Both the position numbers and the translations under genes were made by a program. 64,000 nt of DNA, taken from assembly GCF_009914755.1 (NCBI RefSeq), contig NC_060931.1; one strand, given 5' to 3'. Shown here in pieces: positions 1 to 15,274 of the stretch. The notes under the pieces were generated by a model. That model was not told the DNA's origin and made no database searches. It was given only the letters and a program-made list of their open reading frames with translations. Each line of letters begins with the position of its first letter. The first letter of the stretch is position 1. Origin of the DNA: the human T2T-CHM13v2.0 reference genome, Homo sapiens.

Positions 1-1402
1 AATATTGTAGAAATAAAAGCATTTATTTTTAACAGAGTTTAAAGAGAACTCTAGAAACAAATCATGAGAAAGTGATAACTTTAATGTAGGTTGAGTTTTC
101 TCTTAGTATTATCTTTACAGCTACTGCATTATAAAACAAGTTTAAAAAAGCAACATGTGATCAGAATATCTCAAAAGAAATTCTATCCCGAAATTTAAGA
201 ATTCTAACTATATTATTTATATCAGGCACTTAATAGTATTTTATATGTACAGACTGTGATTTAATTTACGATAGTTTTAACTACTCACCTGGTAGCACTT
301 GGACTCCTGCTATAGTCCTAGTGCTCCTCAATCTCTAGCATTTCAGGTCAAATATGAATAGAGGCCATGTTTTCAAGGTTATGAAACATGGGAGTGAAAC
401 ATGAAGGAGGGAGGAAGTCATGAAGTTAAAGACTTCAAGTTCAAGTGAAGCTAGGACCAAGGAGTGTACAGATTATGTAGGAGATGTCACCATCCCCAAG
501 AACATGGAGGTCATATTTTAATAGCATCCATGTAAGAAATGCAGGGCTTTTCCAAGAGACATGTAAGAAATTTGGAGTCCCCTACTAAGTTTTTATGAGT
601 AAAGAACGCATAACACTGGGACAATATTTTTTTTTTGCCAAAGTATTTTTCTTAAGTTTTAATATCTTTGGCATAATTAACTTGAATCTCTGCCTGACAA
701 ACATCTCAATCAAATGTGTAAAATAATTCAGTGCCAATGGTGTAGCAGTGGCTTAGACCATAAAAGTGCAAGGAATGGGGAACATTAAAAATGGTGAATG
801 TAGTTGTTACCTCAAGAAAATTGTAGTCTTGTTGCTCTAAACTACATGTATAAAAGTGAGCAATAGGTCCTTTATTCAGCATCCCCTAGCAATTTTTAGG
901 AATATCAGGGTGTTTGCACAAACAAGAAAAATATATTTCTGTTGATTTTCAATCTGAAACTTTCAGGATTGCATTTACTTCCCTGTTTTCCACTAAATCT
1001 GATGCACAAGCAAATCACTGTTAAACATGTTCGGATTCTGCATTAACTCCTTCAAATCAGATTCTTCATCGAGTCCTTTAATTTATCTAAGTTTTTCCTG
1101 GAGACTTGAAAGAATTCGTGCACGTTGCAAACACGAATTACTTTTTATATTTGGGAATTGGCCTGAAACTAGGAAATATGATCCTTAAAGACTAGGCTCA
1201 GAGGTCAATGACACAAGCACCCATGGTGCCATTCTCAAGATGCTACAATGATTTGGAAACAAGTGACCTATTGTCTAGTTTCTACCAATCTAGTGAAACC
1301 TAGTCACTCATGGCAATTAATCTATACCCAGACTGATTGGATCTTGGTTTAAACTTGACTCTCATTGTTATTCTCAGCCATGTTTAGACTACATTATGGG
1401 AT

Positions 1403-2040
1403 AGCTCTCTGACATTTAAATATAATGCAAGCCACAATTGTGTTCTGCAAATGTCAAGTTAAAGCTTTGTAGTAGCCATATCAGAAACATAAAAACATAA
1501 TATTAATTTTAATAATTTATTTTATTCAATATACCCCATATATTAACAGTTCAAAATGTCATTTATATTTTTAAAACACTAAGGAATAAATTTTTCTTAC
1601 TAAGCCTTTCTTTTTTTTTCTTGAGACAGAGTCTCACACTGTCATGCAGCCTGCTGAAGTGCAGTGGCACAATCTTGGCACGATCTTGGCTCACTACAGC
1701 CTCCATTTCCCAGGCTCAAGCGATTCGTGTGTCCCAGCCTCTCAAGTAGCTGGGACTACAGGCATGCGCCACCATGCCAGGCTACCATTTGTATTTTTGG
1801 TAGAGATGCTGTTTCGCCATGTTGGCCAGGCTGATTTTGAACTCCTGGACTCAAGTGATCTGCCTGCCTTGGCCTCCCAAAGTGCTGGGATTACAAGTGT
1901 GAGTCACGGCGCCCGGCCTACTTACAAAGTCTTTGACATGTGATGTTCATTTTATATTTATGGGACATTTCAATTTGGAGTAGCCACCTTTCACCTCTAT
2001 AGCCATGTGTGGCTAGTGGCTACCATTTGAGACAATGAAG
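1403..2040. mobile_element. MER33-like hAT/Charlie MITE, split by an Alu
   Basis: AAATATAATGCAAGCCACA..TAGTAGCCATAT at the left end and TAGCCATGTGTGGCTAGTGGCTACCAT at the right end match the recalled MER33 consensus; the Alu interrupts it at ~1608-1918. Confidence 0.75.
1608..1918 (-). mobile_element. Alu, full length (AluJ/old S)
   Basis: Poly-T, then GAGACAGAGTCTCAC...CCCAAAGTGCTGGGATTACA...GCGCCCGGCC; small internal duplication of ATCTTGGC. Confidence 0.97.
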
Positions 2041-2222
2041 TTACAGTTTCAGATGTTTTAAACAGTCCAAGCAGAGCACCATGAGCTTGAAGATTATTAA
2101 AATGCTCTTTGATTTTGATGGTATAACTAAAAAGTGGCATTCTGGAAGCTCAGAATAGATCTCGCTGAAATACGCCAGATTTCTCAATATTTATGAGCAT
2201 AATCCCTGTAAAAAATTATCTG

Positions 2223-2382
2223 TTTATTTATTTTAGAGATGTAGTCTTGCTACGTCACCTAGGCTGGAGTGCAGTGGTGTGATTATAGCTCACTGCAGCT
2301 TCAAACTTCCAGGATCAAGTGATCCTCCCACTTCAGTTTCCTGAGTAGCCGGGACTACAGGAGAACTCCACCACACCTGGCC
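2223..2382 (-). mobile_element. Alu monomer (FRAM or AluJ right arm)
   Basis: AGGCTGGAGTGCAGTGG...GGGACTACAGG...CCACCACACCTGGCC; single arm only. Confidence 0.9.
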
Positions 2383-2759
2383 TAGTAACAGGAAGTTTTA
2401 ATAATACTGAAGTTGCTCTCAGTTTTAAGTTATTTACTCAGAATTACAAAATAAGAAAGATTACATGCTTTTAAACATTGGCTTTTCTAGATGAAAACCC
2501 ATGCTTCTCATGAAATTCTTATTATTCAAACGTGAAATTATTCAAATTATTCAACGTGAAATTCTTTTCATATGATTTGTAATTATTCCAAATACATAAT
2601 CATGGAAATGGAAAAATGAGTATATCATATCAACTTCAGGTGAAGGTGATAATTCAAATTACTTATGTAATTAATTAAAACAATATTCTAATGTCAGAAT
2701 TCCCTGAGCTGATCATTTTTATCCTGTCACTAGAGTTTTAAAAATTGGGCTATCCCTTA

Positions 2760-3320
2760 TTTTGAGGTAAGTAAATATATATATGTAACATAAATATATA
2801 TATGTATATATACACACACACACAAATTGTATTATTTTAACCATTTTTAAGGGTACAGTTATGTGATATCAAGTATATTCACATTATTGTCTAACCATCA
2901 GCACTATGTATCTTTAGAACTTTTTTTATTTTCCCCAACTGAAACCTCTTTACTCATCAAACTAACTCCCTCTCTTCCACTCCTTCTCAGCCCTAGCAAC
3001 CACCATTCTACCTGTGTCTCTGCGAATTTGACGACTCTAGGTATCTCGTGTATGTGGAATCATACATTTGTATTTTCGAGAACTGGCTTGTTTCACTTAG
3101 CATAAGGTCATCAAGCTTCATTCCTGTTGTAGTATGTGTCAAAATTTCCTTCTTTTTTAAGGCTAATATTTCTTTACATGTATAAGCTACATTTTGTTTA
3201 TCAAATCATGCTTCTATGGACACGTGGGTTGCTTTTGGAGCTTTTAGTTATTATGAATAATGCTGCTTTGAACATAATTTCCAAATATCTGTTTGAGTCA
3301 TGGGCTTTCACTTTTATTAC
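2760..3320 (-). mobile_element. L1MB-type 3' end fragment
   Basis: TTAACCATTTTTAAG..TACAGTT, CAACCACCATTCTAC, GGAATCATACA, TTTCACTTAGCATAA are typical antisense L1M 3'UTR/ORF2-end motifs. Confidence 0.85.
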
Positions 3321-4589
3321 CTGTCTTTAGTTTGGGGCCCAGTTATTTTTCATGCTTTTGTCTCATTAAAATGGTATTGAAGTTTTCTTTCACTTTAGAA
3401 TGAAATAAAATAAAGCCATTTTGTGTGTGTGTGTGTGTCTTGATAGTATTTATAGTCCTTCTTCCTAATAGAACAGATACATTCACTCACGTGGACATTT
3501 AAATTTTTTCTGCCCCTTATTTTCTAGTTCTGATTCCACCATATTTTCTAAAGTCATTCTTCTTTAATATTAAACCACTTCACCTGTAGAAATATCAGCA
3601 TACTGAATTCCAAAAATTAAAAATGTCTCTAGAATATTCTAAGCTACAGCTCCCAGGGTCCCAGATAAATTATCCCAGTGTCACATTTTCTGTCGGAATT
3701 TATCTTGTCAAATATCCCAGGCTTCAATCTTTCAACCCTCTTCACTCTATTAATTCTTCTCTTAGCTCCCACACGTGAACTATTCTTGGTATTAAAAACT
3801 CATTTTTAAAGCAATACAATTTCAACAACTAAAATACCATGTGTGCTTGATTAGGGTAAATTTAGCCCTATGAAACTGCACCTTAGCAATTTTGCAGCAT
3901 CAGTTAAGTGCTTCCTCTATCTCCAATTCCCTTTTATTCCCAATCCACAACTCACTTTCCATTGTGATTCCTTCCCCTCTAGTAAATATGACTTTGAGAA
4001 CACATGATCCAAACCAAGGAAAAACAAATAAAAACAGTGAAGCAACAAATACGATCTAAAAATAGGAGAGCAAAGCTCTTAAAATCCTGAGAAAAAGTAG
4101 ACTTTTCTCTAACTTTTTCAATGCCATATTTGGAATGTTCAAAGATGTGTGAGAGGAATTCAGTAATTTTATTAATAACCAGAACTATTCAAAGGACCTT
4201 CACCACCTGAATTTCTAACACTCGGCGTTCCTTGCTTTAAGCTATTTTTATTTGCAAGTCTTAGAAAAAAAGGAAGAGATATATAGATAAGCAGTAGTAA
4301 ATAATGCAACATTTAATTTTTACTTCAACTTCAATAAATAAACTACTCTCCTATTTAGTATACCTATGAGGATTGCTCTTGGGAATGTCAAGCAACCACA
4401 TAAATGAGTACCAATGAGAGAGATAACATGGAAACAAAGTAATCTGCAGCACAACCTCAGGCTAGCGGAGTGTGCCTGAGAGCCACCAGAATTGATGGCT
4501 GTGGAGCCCTTTAGCAGCCACCAGATATTTTCTCCCCAGAGAACATTTCTCTCCTCTTTCTTATCTAACCTTTTTGCTTCACCTTGTAT

Positions 4590-6060
4590 TACCTTTGTCT
4601 CTTGTAGACTGTATATAGCTGTATGTTATTTTTAACTCAAAATTAAACTGTATGCCATTTAATAGAAAAATTACATATATTTATATTTATTGTAATAACT
4701 TACTCCTGTCATCTTGCTTTATGCTTTTAAGCTGTTTTGTTTTATATGTTTTGTGATATATAATGTTTTCTTTCATTGAATCTTTTACTCTAGTGATTTT
4801 TTAAAATCCTTCATTAACTTCAGTAGTTATGATCCATTTGTTATATTATTTACACATTTTCATTGGTGTTATCTGAAAACTAAGAAATGAAATTATTTGC
4901 TTGTGTTTTTATATTATGTGTTTGCTTTTGATGAACAATTTTGAAAATTTCTATTCTATCGCCATATTTTAAACAAATATTTACAATGCATTCTATTTAT
5001 ATTCAATTTTAGTAATTGCTATTAATCTTATATTCCATACGTTTTCTCAATTCTGTATTTTAGTTTATTTTCTAGTTGTTGGAAGACCATAGTGAACATT
5101 ACAATTGATTCCTCAATATTTATTCCACCCAAGATGGGTAATCCAAGCCAACTAGAGACTGGTTCAGGCATGGTGAGTGACCCAATTCTATTTAATGGGA
5201 TATAAAAGGATATCCTTCAGAGAGCTTCCAGAAAAAGTGTCTTCTCTCTTAAGATATAACCACAAGAAAAGTTGGCTCTTTTCTTTCTCTGGACATTGGC
5301 TACGACCATTACAACCACTTTATTACCAGAGTGAGGTCAAACCAGTACCAAGAACAGCAAAATAAAGTGATGGAAAAAAATGGGATTTTTAAAATGATAA
5401 CACTGAGCTGTTTTTATCAAGCCTGAAGCCTACATTACCTCTCCCTTCTTGCTGTATGAAAAAACACAGAGATATGTATTGTAGTCACTTTGAGTCAGGA
5501 ATTCTGTTATTGTGGCTGAAAACATTCTCTACAATAAGAATTTTTTAAATTAATTTTTTATTAAAAATGAGTAATCTTCAAGATCGAAAGACTTATATAA
5601 ATGTTTGGGTATTGGTATCTGTTACATTCATTTATGAATGGAAATGTGATTGAGCTAAGAATTCTGGAGTCATTTCCCACTCAACATTCAACTGACAAAC
5701 GTTATTTTTCTCTGAAAATTGGTTCTGAAGAGGTAAATTATGAAATCTGACCAAATATTCCTCCTTTAGATTACTTGCTTAAGGTGCTTGTAAATGTTTT
5801 CTTTATCCTTCAAATTCTAAAATGTTATGAACATACTCTAGGTAACTTTATTCATTTAACCCTTTTGATCAACAGAGTTATGCTCTTCTTCAGCTCAGAA
5901 AAGTTTTATTCTAATACATAACTAATTAATATTTGTGATCTATGCCTTTTGCTCTTTTATTCTGGCATTTTAATTACAGCATTTTATAGTTTCTCTAACC
6001 TCCATATTTCTTCTTTTTTCTAATAGTTAATCCTTTTCCTGTCATTCTACATTATTACAC
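4590..6060 (-). mobile_element. Very old L1ME/HAL1-like fragments, interrupted by an MLT1
   Basis: T-rich decayed sequence with AGAATTCTGG..CATTTCCCACTCAAC and CTTCAGCTCAGAAAAGTTTT motifs. Confidence 0.45.
5090..5533 (+). mobile_element. MLT1 (J/K-like) MaLR solo LTR
   Basis: GACTGGTTCAGGCATGG..TGACCCAATTCT; 3' end TTCTGTTATTGTGGCTGAAAACATTCT. Confidence 0.7.
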
Positions 6061-7074
6061 ATGAAATATTACGAATTGTGAATGAATACAGAGGGGTATA
6101 AACAGGAAATGGATTGATATAGAAAGTAAGAAAACATGTTCCACTTTGTTTTTATGTTTATTGAAGTCTCCTTGTTTCCATCTTTATAGTGGCTGCTTAT
6201 CTAACTGTGAGTGATGGCTGTCACTATTCACTGTGGGACAGGTATCAAATGTCAGCAATCTCTTCTGTAAGTAAAGTCTGCATCCAGCGCATCCCATTCA
6301 CAGACCCTGATACGGAAAATGTGTCTCCAGCTCATCCTCTCTTGCTCATCCTAAATTAGTAGAGTCCTTGCTCCCAGGTCCCCTTACAGCAGGTCTCCCT
6401 GTTGATTATGGCACACACAAAATATCTCAAGTCTGGATATCTTTTGGCAAATCCATTTAACCTATGGGGAACTCACACATCCTTGCCATGCCAAAAGATG
6501 AGATACAGGTTGCCCCATTTCTGCCCTCTCTTTTTGCAGCTATTCATTCCACATGATTATTTTTTTCTCTTGCTTACATAGGTGCTATGGCACATTACCT
6601 AAGTCTAACCAGAGATCTGACAAAGAGTTATGTGCCTTGTTCTCTTCTAGCCATCCTGATCTCTAGGAGTGGCTCTCTTGGTGACCCCATCCCCTGGGTT
6701 TAGTGTTGGGGATAGAGAACTTCAAACCACAGAACCACCCACCAAGCGGGTTCAGAACTCCCTCTTCCTCCCTTTGATTATTTCCTTATTCAACAGCAGC
6801 ACAAAAAGAGGTCATGAGGAGGTCACAGACTGTGTACAATCGTGATAAGAACACATTGCTGGGAACACACTGGGGGAAAGCATTCCCTGGACCAGATCTG
6901 TTGGGTACCAGGGGATGGATAAAATATAACTGCTCAGGTGAAACTGAAGGAAGAATATGCAGCTTTTAAATGTAAATGGCTCACGCTGCAAGCTGTTATA
7001 ATACTAGGCATTGCTATATTTTATCTCTGTAGAGAGTAACCACAAAGTCCTATTCTTTCATTAAAAATTATCTC

Positions 7075-7392
<318 letters not shown>

Positions 7393-7554
7393 CCTCATGT
7401 TCCTTTTCATTCTCCACCCAGACTGCCAATTTGCTGTTTGTTTTTCTCAACTCTTCTCCATGTTGAATCCTGGAAGTTATTGAAACAATCCTTGATCATT
7501 GCTTTTAGTCTCTAGTTGTTGTTAGGCAAAAGGATTTGCGGCTCCTCATCAGAA

Positions 7555-7745
7555 TAGCAAGTGAATAAAGAGCATGGATTATGGAATCAGACCAGATTTA
7601 CACTTCTGACTGCATGTTATAACTGTGCCACCTCTCTAAATCTTAATTTTCTTGGTTGAAAAAAATAGCAAAAACAATACTATCTCGTACATTTGATGTA
7701 ACGATTAAATGAGATGACGAGAGCAAAGGATTTAACATGATTTTT
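7555..7745 (+). mobile_element. MIR
   Basis: AAGAGCATGGATTATGGAATCAGAC...GATTAAATGAGATGA core. Confidence 0.75.
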
Positions 7746-10330
7746 TACATATGCATGAATTTAATTATTCCAATAGGATGATATCTACATTCTGTCAACA
7801 CTTTGTAATAGCAAAAATAAAACCACCTGTGAACCAACATATGCTGAAAATAACATTGACTTTCTCCAGGTACCCAACATATTTATGTAATGTTATTCAG
7901 GGATAAGCTGGTGAGTTTGTGTTCTCTGCTGCTAGTTGGACACACTAATATAAAAACTTGCAGATTATTAACACAGTTTTCTGTATGTAAGATGTTTCTT
8001 TTCATAATATGCATTAATATTTTATCTTTTTATTTTCCTACTTTCTAATCCCTTCTAAAGCTCAGATCCAGTTCCAGTTTTTGAGATTTCAGGAAATAGT
8101 TTACACTATATTATATAAGGGCTAATAGTTTCCTGAAGTCCATCTCCAGGTTATTTTGATTAGAAGATCATCTTCCTCGGGGATCTTGACTTTCACTTCT
8201 GATAATATTGCGTTATGGTTGCCCCTAACACATGCATATATCTGACTAGATGTTATTGAGATATTTTAGTTACTTCTTCCACTGAGAGTGCATCCCATTG
8301 TCTGAGGAATGTTGTAAAGTTTTAACTTGTCAATCATAATACATGTATAGTTACACCAGAATAAGAATTGATTGGCAAGTGTCTAGGCTCAAAATTTGGT
8401 TTTAGTTTGAAAACAACAAACAAAAAAGATGAAATCTAGCCAGATGCTATGATATTTTTTAAAAAATCAAACAAAACCAAATAGAAATAAAAACATAAAA
8501 GCTTCTAAGGTATTGATGACGATAAAAACAATCAGAATGGTAACAAAGTAATTTAAAAATGAAGTAAACATTGGGTTTTGATTTGTAAGGTTGTAAAAAT
8601 TTTTCTCTTTATTGAGGCATTTCATATATATGCTTCTACAGTAATTTACTCATTTTTAGAATTTGAATAAGAGTTAGGTCTTTTAATTAACATACATTTT
8701 TCCTTCTTGCCAGGGAAATGCATGTTTTCATCTAAAATAAGCACAAATGACACAATGTTTAGATTATATTGTCAAAACCAATTGTCTACTTAGTGTCTAT
8801 TTCCATATCCCTGCCACAGATATTGACAATAATGATATAGCGCAAAGTGAAGTCTATTTTTAAATGCTTCCTATTGAAACATATTAAAGCAAATGTACAT
8901 GTGCATATAGAAGCACACAAATTATGGCATGATGCTGACAGCAAGAATCAATTCTGGTGACAAAAAAAAAAATCAGTAGGCGTTTCATGTATCTGCCAAG
9001 CCTAATTCTGACTTTCTCTACTAGGTGCTAATATAAGAGAAAGCAACCCAGATACCAACTGGGAAAAACTCCAGATTTTCTCTTGGGTACACAAATTATG
9101 ACTTTTGCTAGGAAACCATGATAATAACAAAATCCCAGAAGATTATAATGTGAATTCTTAAGAGCCTTATACCTGTATATGCTCACTGAAGGGGTCCCCT
9201 TAACAACTAAGATACATTTATTTCAAAAACATCAAGGGCCATTGAATAATCCTCCTACAAGTGACCATTGAAAGTAGTTTAAAGGTATTTTCCAGAAATA
9301 TAAATAAAATGGCTAAGTCAAGGGAGGTCGAATTTCTATTCTTTATTAATTCAGATACTTAACTCTGCCTCCTCTAATGCACACAGTTCTAGAATCTTGA
9401 ACCAGCAGGCTCTGATGGGAATGGCAGCCTGCAAACATAAAGGGTGAGTGATAAATAGCCAGGCTGTGTGGCCCACTGTGTTCCCCAGCGGAAAGGAGAA
9501 ACAGCCCACTATACTTCTGCAGGTACCCTTTCCCTTCTGCTTCCTGCCCTATTGCCACAGTATCCAAAAATTGGGTAAAACTCTGAGTAGAGGACATGAA
9601 GAAAGGAACTATAGAACAGCTACGACATAATGGAAACAGAAATGAAGCAATGGCTGTTTGGAAAAGAAAAAGAACTGAAGAATACAATCACCTCCAGTCA
9701 GATTAGTTTATCAGTCAGGATTCTAAATTCAACTTTTAGTTGTGAAATGCAAGTTTTCTAGTGAGGAGAAGGGAATGAGGATAAAGGCAATAATATGTTA
9801 ATTGTAGCTGAATCTATATTTGGACTGCTGTATGCTCAAAATTCTACATATTAGGGGTGGTAGGATTTGAGGAGGAGAGAAAAAACGATAGAGAGGATGG
9901 TGTTATGTGGAAGCACCGAGGTTTGAAGTCTGATTTAAGTGTCTACTACACAAATAGGCATAGCTCTGCAATCTAAGAATGAATATGATAGCAAATATTT
10001 AGTTATTGATTATGGAACTGAGCGTATCAAATCTTTAGGCTATTTGCTCTCTCCTCTACACAACTCCTGTGTCCACCTTCCACTTCCTGCTGGTTTTCTC
10101 TTAGTCTACGCCCTGTCCTTTCCAGATGCCAATGATTCATTCTCTTTTCATATTCTATTTATTTTTTCCACTCTCTTCCATTCATCTAATACATACAGAG
10201 TACCTAGTGTGTATAACCCTGCTGGATAATTGGGACATAGGGTCCCTGCATTTAAGATATATGTGTTCTTTCTGGATAAATAAATAATTTTCCAAGTATA
10301 TAACAATAGTGAGTAATGATAATAATTGCT

Positions 10331-10638
<308 letters not shown>

Positions 10639-10659
10639 ATAATAATTGCTAATACTACA

Positions 10660-10810
10660 TCCCTATGACACACATATGGTACTATAATTACCCACATTTT
10701 ACGAATGAAAAATCTGAGACACAGAGATGAAGAAACTTGAACAAAGTTGTATGGTTTGTAGAGTTAAAATTTAAATCTAGGCAGTTAAATTCCAAGCCCA
10801 TGTTCTTAAT
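10660..10810 (-). mobile_element. MIR
   Basis: CCCACATTTTACGAATGAAAATCTGAGACACAGAGA core in antisense. Confidence 0.75.
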
Positions 10811-12259
10811 ATCTATACCATATATCTTTAAGAGTCAAAAAAAAGTATATGAAGTAAACACACTAGGTAAAATATTAAAACTAATAGAAGGGTCAAATAA
10901 ATGGCATAGCCAAGAAATGCAATGAATTCCAGAGACCAAGATTGGAATAGGTATAAATATTCAGAGAGGTTTTTTAACAGCCACCCTCCGCCCCAGCAAA
11001 CACACAATCCATATTGTGTTTTGGGTTCTTTTAGGGAGAGAGATTTTTGAATAAAAGAGAAGGTAAAGAAAAGAGAGGTAGAAATTACAATTTTTTTATC
11101 TCTCTTTTTTAGTACTGGCATGAGACTAGCTCATTGTAGTAGGAATTACCTAGTAACATTCAATCATCTAATGATGCTTTATGGCTTTAAGCCATACTTG
11201 GTCACCTTTTATATAAATAATATAGATCCTAGATCAATAAAAAAACCCTCTAAACCAAATTTAAATTCATGTTTTTTAAAAACACCTTTTAGAAAATACT
11301 ACTCCTTTATTATTATAATAATATCTAGGCAATCTCGTGTTAAATAAACTTGGAATTTAGTAATGTTTTTTCATTATTTTCCAAATTGCTTGTGCCATAG
11401 TGTATTGTTTAAACGCTATAGTATGGTGTGCCAAATGCTAAAATCCTATGCAACCCCTGGCAATGGTATTCTGCAGTGCCTCTTATTACAGTGCATGCAA
11501 CAATTTTCTTGGGTTGGGCATTTCAAATCATTTTAAACTGCAAATATAATCAGGAAATTGTGTTTTACCATTTATAGTTTCCAAATAATTAAAGTTTTAC
11601 ATTAGCTAGGCTTATTGCAAACTTCAAACTATTTCAAATTAAATCAAGAAAAGTACAAGAAAACAGCAAATGCTCTAAATGTCATTGGATGGATAGTTGG
11701 GGAATGTTTCATGTAAGCGTGTTATATATGAAATGCTATGGAGGATAATGCTCCTTCCTTGACATGTCCATTCTGTTGGGTTTAAGGCAAGAAACTCTGA
11801 CTATGTTAACCCAAAATTAACATAGTGTGTTTTCTCAGAGACAGAACTTTGAAAAATTCTGCAGCACAATGTGGCTCGGTAATTAAATCAAGCTGGACCC
11901 AGAGAACTGCATTGGGTCCACAGAAGACTTTTTGGGCCAAATTTCATAGTTATTATCTTAGACCAGGCTTTTTAGAAACAACTTAGGTATATACAGTAAA
12001 TATACTGAATTGTCTGTCCTCTCTAGGAACATGTTTCACCAGATTCCAGAAAGGTCTATGCTCCTACCCCATAATCACTTAATCACTTAGAGATAAAAAA
12101 AGGTCTATTCACATTTAAGTCAATAACATACCTTTGACTAAAAAGGGTAAAATCTTAAAGTTAGAAGAGTTTATTTTTGTATCGAAGCATCTTTTATCCC
12201 CTAACAAGTTTCTTTCTATATATGAAGACTATAGCTATTTTTTCTATTTACCCTAGGTG

Positions 12260-13630
12260 ACATTGATTCATTTGACCCATACTTATTGAGTGCCTATTAT
12301 ATATTAAATGCCATGTTTATACATTGGATACATATTTGTGAATAAGTAAACTATCTTCAGAAACTAAAGATGATGAACACAAATAATTTAAATAGGAAAT
12401 ACACAAATCCAATCACATTAACTGTGTTGAAGAAAATGAACAGGGTATTGATGTAGATAATATCAGAGAGGAGGAACTTCAAGTGGCCAAGAGAGGTCTC
12501 ATAGAGGGGCTGGCATTTCAGCCGAAAACTGAAAGGTGAAAAGGAAGCTTGGGAAAAATAAAAATAAAAATATATTCAGAAAAAGGGAGCAGAATACGAC
12601 AAGACTAGTGTGGCTGATCGTAGAAGGCAAAAGAAAGTGGTTTTCAGATGGGTTTGAAAGGTGGGCCAGAGAACATCCACATACGTCTTACAGGACATGA
12701 TAGGGATTCTGAATAGTGCTTTATGTACATCAGGACATCAAGATTTTAGGCAGGGGAATGACATAGTTGGATTTATATTTTTCAAGGAATTTATTGGCCT
12801 CTCTGTGTGGAGGACATGTTGGAGAGAGACATGGAGAAGAGGCAAGAAGACCAAGAAGGAGGATCCTGTGGTAGTTCAGGAAAGACTGGTGACTGAGCTT
12901 ACAGTGGGAACAGCATAAATTAAGAGAAATGGTGAAATTATTTTAGATAGTTGACCTGCTGGTAGTTGGTATGTTGAGAGTGAGGACAAGTCATCTTGGA
13001 TGCATTAAGGTTGAGTCATAACTTTATTTTCCCCCAAAGTTATGGAATGATGGTAGCACAAATTAAAAATGCAATAGCCTAAGGGAGAGACAGAGATGTA
13101 TTTAATTTTCAGTTTACTTTAATCGGGCAGAAAGGGATTAAATAATGCATTTTTTAACTGTTAAATGTGTAATTCCAGTGAGCCATCCAATTGAAGATGT
13201 CAATTAGACAGCTGCTTATTCAAACCTGAAATTGAGAGGAGAGGTTTGGGTTAGAAATATACATTTGGAAGTCATTGTCACACATGTGATATTTAAAGCT
13301 TTGGAACAGATGATCACAGAGGAAATGAAAGTTAAGTTTTAAAAGGGAACATAATCCAGGAACCAGCCAAGATTTAGAGGTCAGGTTTAGAAGGAAGACT
13401 TTAAAAAGGAGAATGAAAAGGATAATCAGATATAGGGTAGGAAAGAAGAAATTATGGATCTAGAAGCGAGACAGTTGAGGATTTGGGGGAGAAATGATTG
13501 GTTACTAAGTCAAATAATTTGAAGAGCTCAGGTAATGAAGTTAAAACTATTGACCATTAGAACCTTAGCCTTAATAGTTTTAGAGATTGTTAAGAGCAGA
13601 AGCCAGACAGCTAAGTAGAACAGGGAGTAG
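12260..13630 (-). mobile_element. L2 (L2a-like) 3' portion
   Basis: Starts CATTGATTCATTTGA..TTATTGAGTGCCTA (L2 tail, antisense); internal GATTTTAGGCAGGGGAATGACAT and ATTTGGAAGTCATTG motifs. Confidence 0.85.
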
Positions 13631-14908
13631 ATATGTTTGGTCAAGCTGTTGTTATATGACAGGCTATTCTACAGTGTATTTAGAGGTTGATAGAATCATA
13701 GAGAAAATAAGAATTGTAGGTGTGGGTCTACAGAATAGAGGAAATCCTTGAAATCAATCAACTTTAGAGCTAGTGAGTTGATAGAAGGTTAAATATTAAC
13801 TACGAAATAACAGATCAAAGTGTTAGTTTCTTCCACAATTGTTCTAACAAACACAAAATTGCAAATTAAAGACTTGAACTTCTGATTATGACAATCTATT
13901 TCTACTTACCTTGTTCTTTCATCTCAGAAATCAGAGATGTCTTCAAATATATTTTTCTACATAATATCTTAATTATAATTGGATAATTCAATCCATTTTC
14001 AGCTGAATTTACCAAGCATTTAACCCAATTTACCTATTCTATTGTAAATAGTACTTTTTAAAAAAATTTAAGAATTACATATATGTCTAATTATCTCATC
14101 TCATACAATTACAAAGAGTCTCAGATATCTTTGTATGTTAAAAGAAAATTAAGTTAAAAAAACTATTCAAAATTTGTAAAGAAACAGTGAGATTTCTATA
14201 TAAAATAAATTAGGTAGGGTATACAATTAGGCAAATTAATGGATACAGTATTGAAATATGTAGATAAGCTACAATATATAATTATTAATTGATTTTTAAG
14301 ACCTATTTCTGCTTAATTACTACTTTTTATTTCTAAAACCAGCAGATTAAAAATATTTTCTCAATTTAAAAATTTGATCTCTGTGGTAAAACTAAACATA
14401 GAATGTTTTTGCTCTGTTAGAAGTTAGCCTTTGGAGAGAAAACACAGTTATTGTAACATATTATTCAAGGTAAAAATCACTAAGACATAGAGAATTTCAG
14501 ATTTTTTTTGCTAATTTCTACTGAGAGAACTGTTTGGGAAAACTGAGAGAACTAATTGAAAGAGTTGACTATCCATGCTTTAAAATGTCAGATTTTAAAA
14601 TCTATCTCTGCACTAAAGACATCATTATTTTTGACACTGGGAAAAAGAAAAAAACAATGTTTAGAATTTGTTACCCCAAACAAAATAACAGCAATTAAAA
14701 AACACAGCAATGAAACTGTGATTGAAAACATCTTAGAAGAAAGTGAGGCTAAAGGTATTACATTTTTCCCTGCTTCTCCATATACTGCAGGTTACCTAAA
14801 AGGAATTCATATAGCTTTTAAAAATAAAATGTAATTTCATCAGTTGCCCTTGCCTACTAATCTATATTAACATGACCTGTATCACCATTGACTTTTCTTT
14901 TAGCTCTA

Positions 14909-15274
14909 TGTATTCATCTGTTCTCACGGTGCTAATAAAAACATACCTGAGACTGGATCATTTATAAAAGAAAGAGGTTTAATTGACTCATAGTTCCACA
15001 TGGCTGGGGAAGCCTCACAATCATGGCAGAAGGTGAATGAGGGTCAAAGTCAAGTCTTACATGGCAGCAGGCAAGCGAGCTTGTGTAGGGGAACTCCCCT
15101 TTATAAAACCATCAGATCTCATGAGACTTATTCACTATCATGGGAAAGAGCACAGGAAAGACCCACCCCCCATGATTCAATTACCTCACACCAGGTCCCT
15201 CCCAGGACACATGGTAACTACGGCAGCTACAATTCAAGATGAGATTTGGGTGGAGACACAGACAAACCATATCG
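14909..15274 (-). mobile_element. THE1 (C/D-like) MaLR solo LTR
   Basis: TGTATTCATCTGTTCTCAC..GCTAATAAA..CATACCTGAGACTGG through GAGATTTGGGTGGAGACACAGACAAACCATATC; ~366 bp. Confidence 0.95.

Noticed and set aside
1644-1943. 99 aa ORF and similar ORFs at 7068, 10148-10590, 30476, 35898, 38074-38451, 44607, 54984 and 59526
   Set aside because: All are translations of Alu sequence
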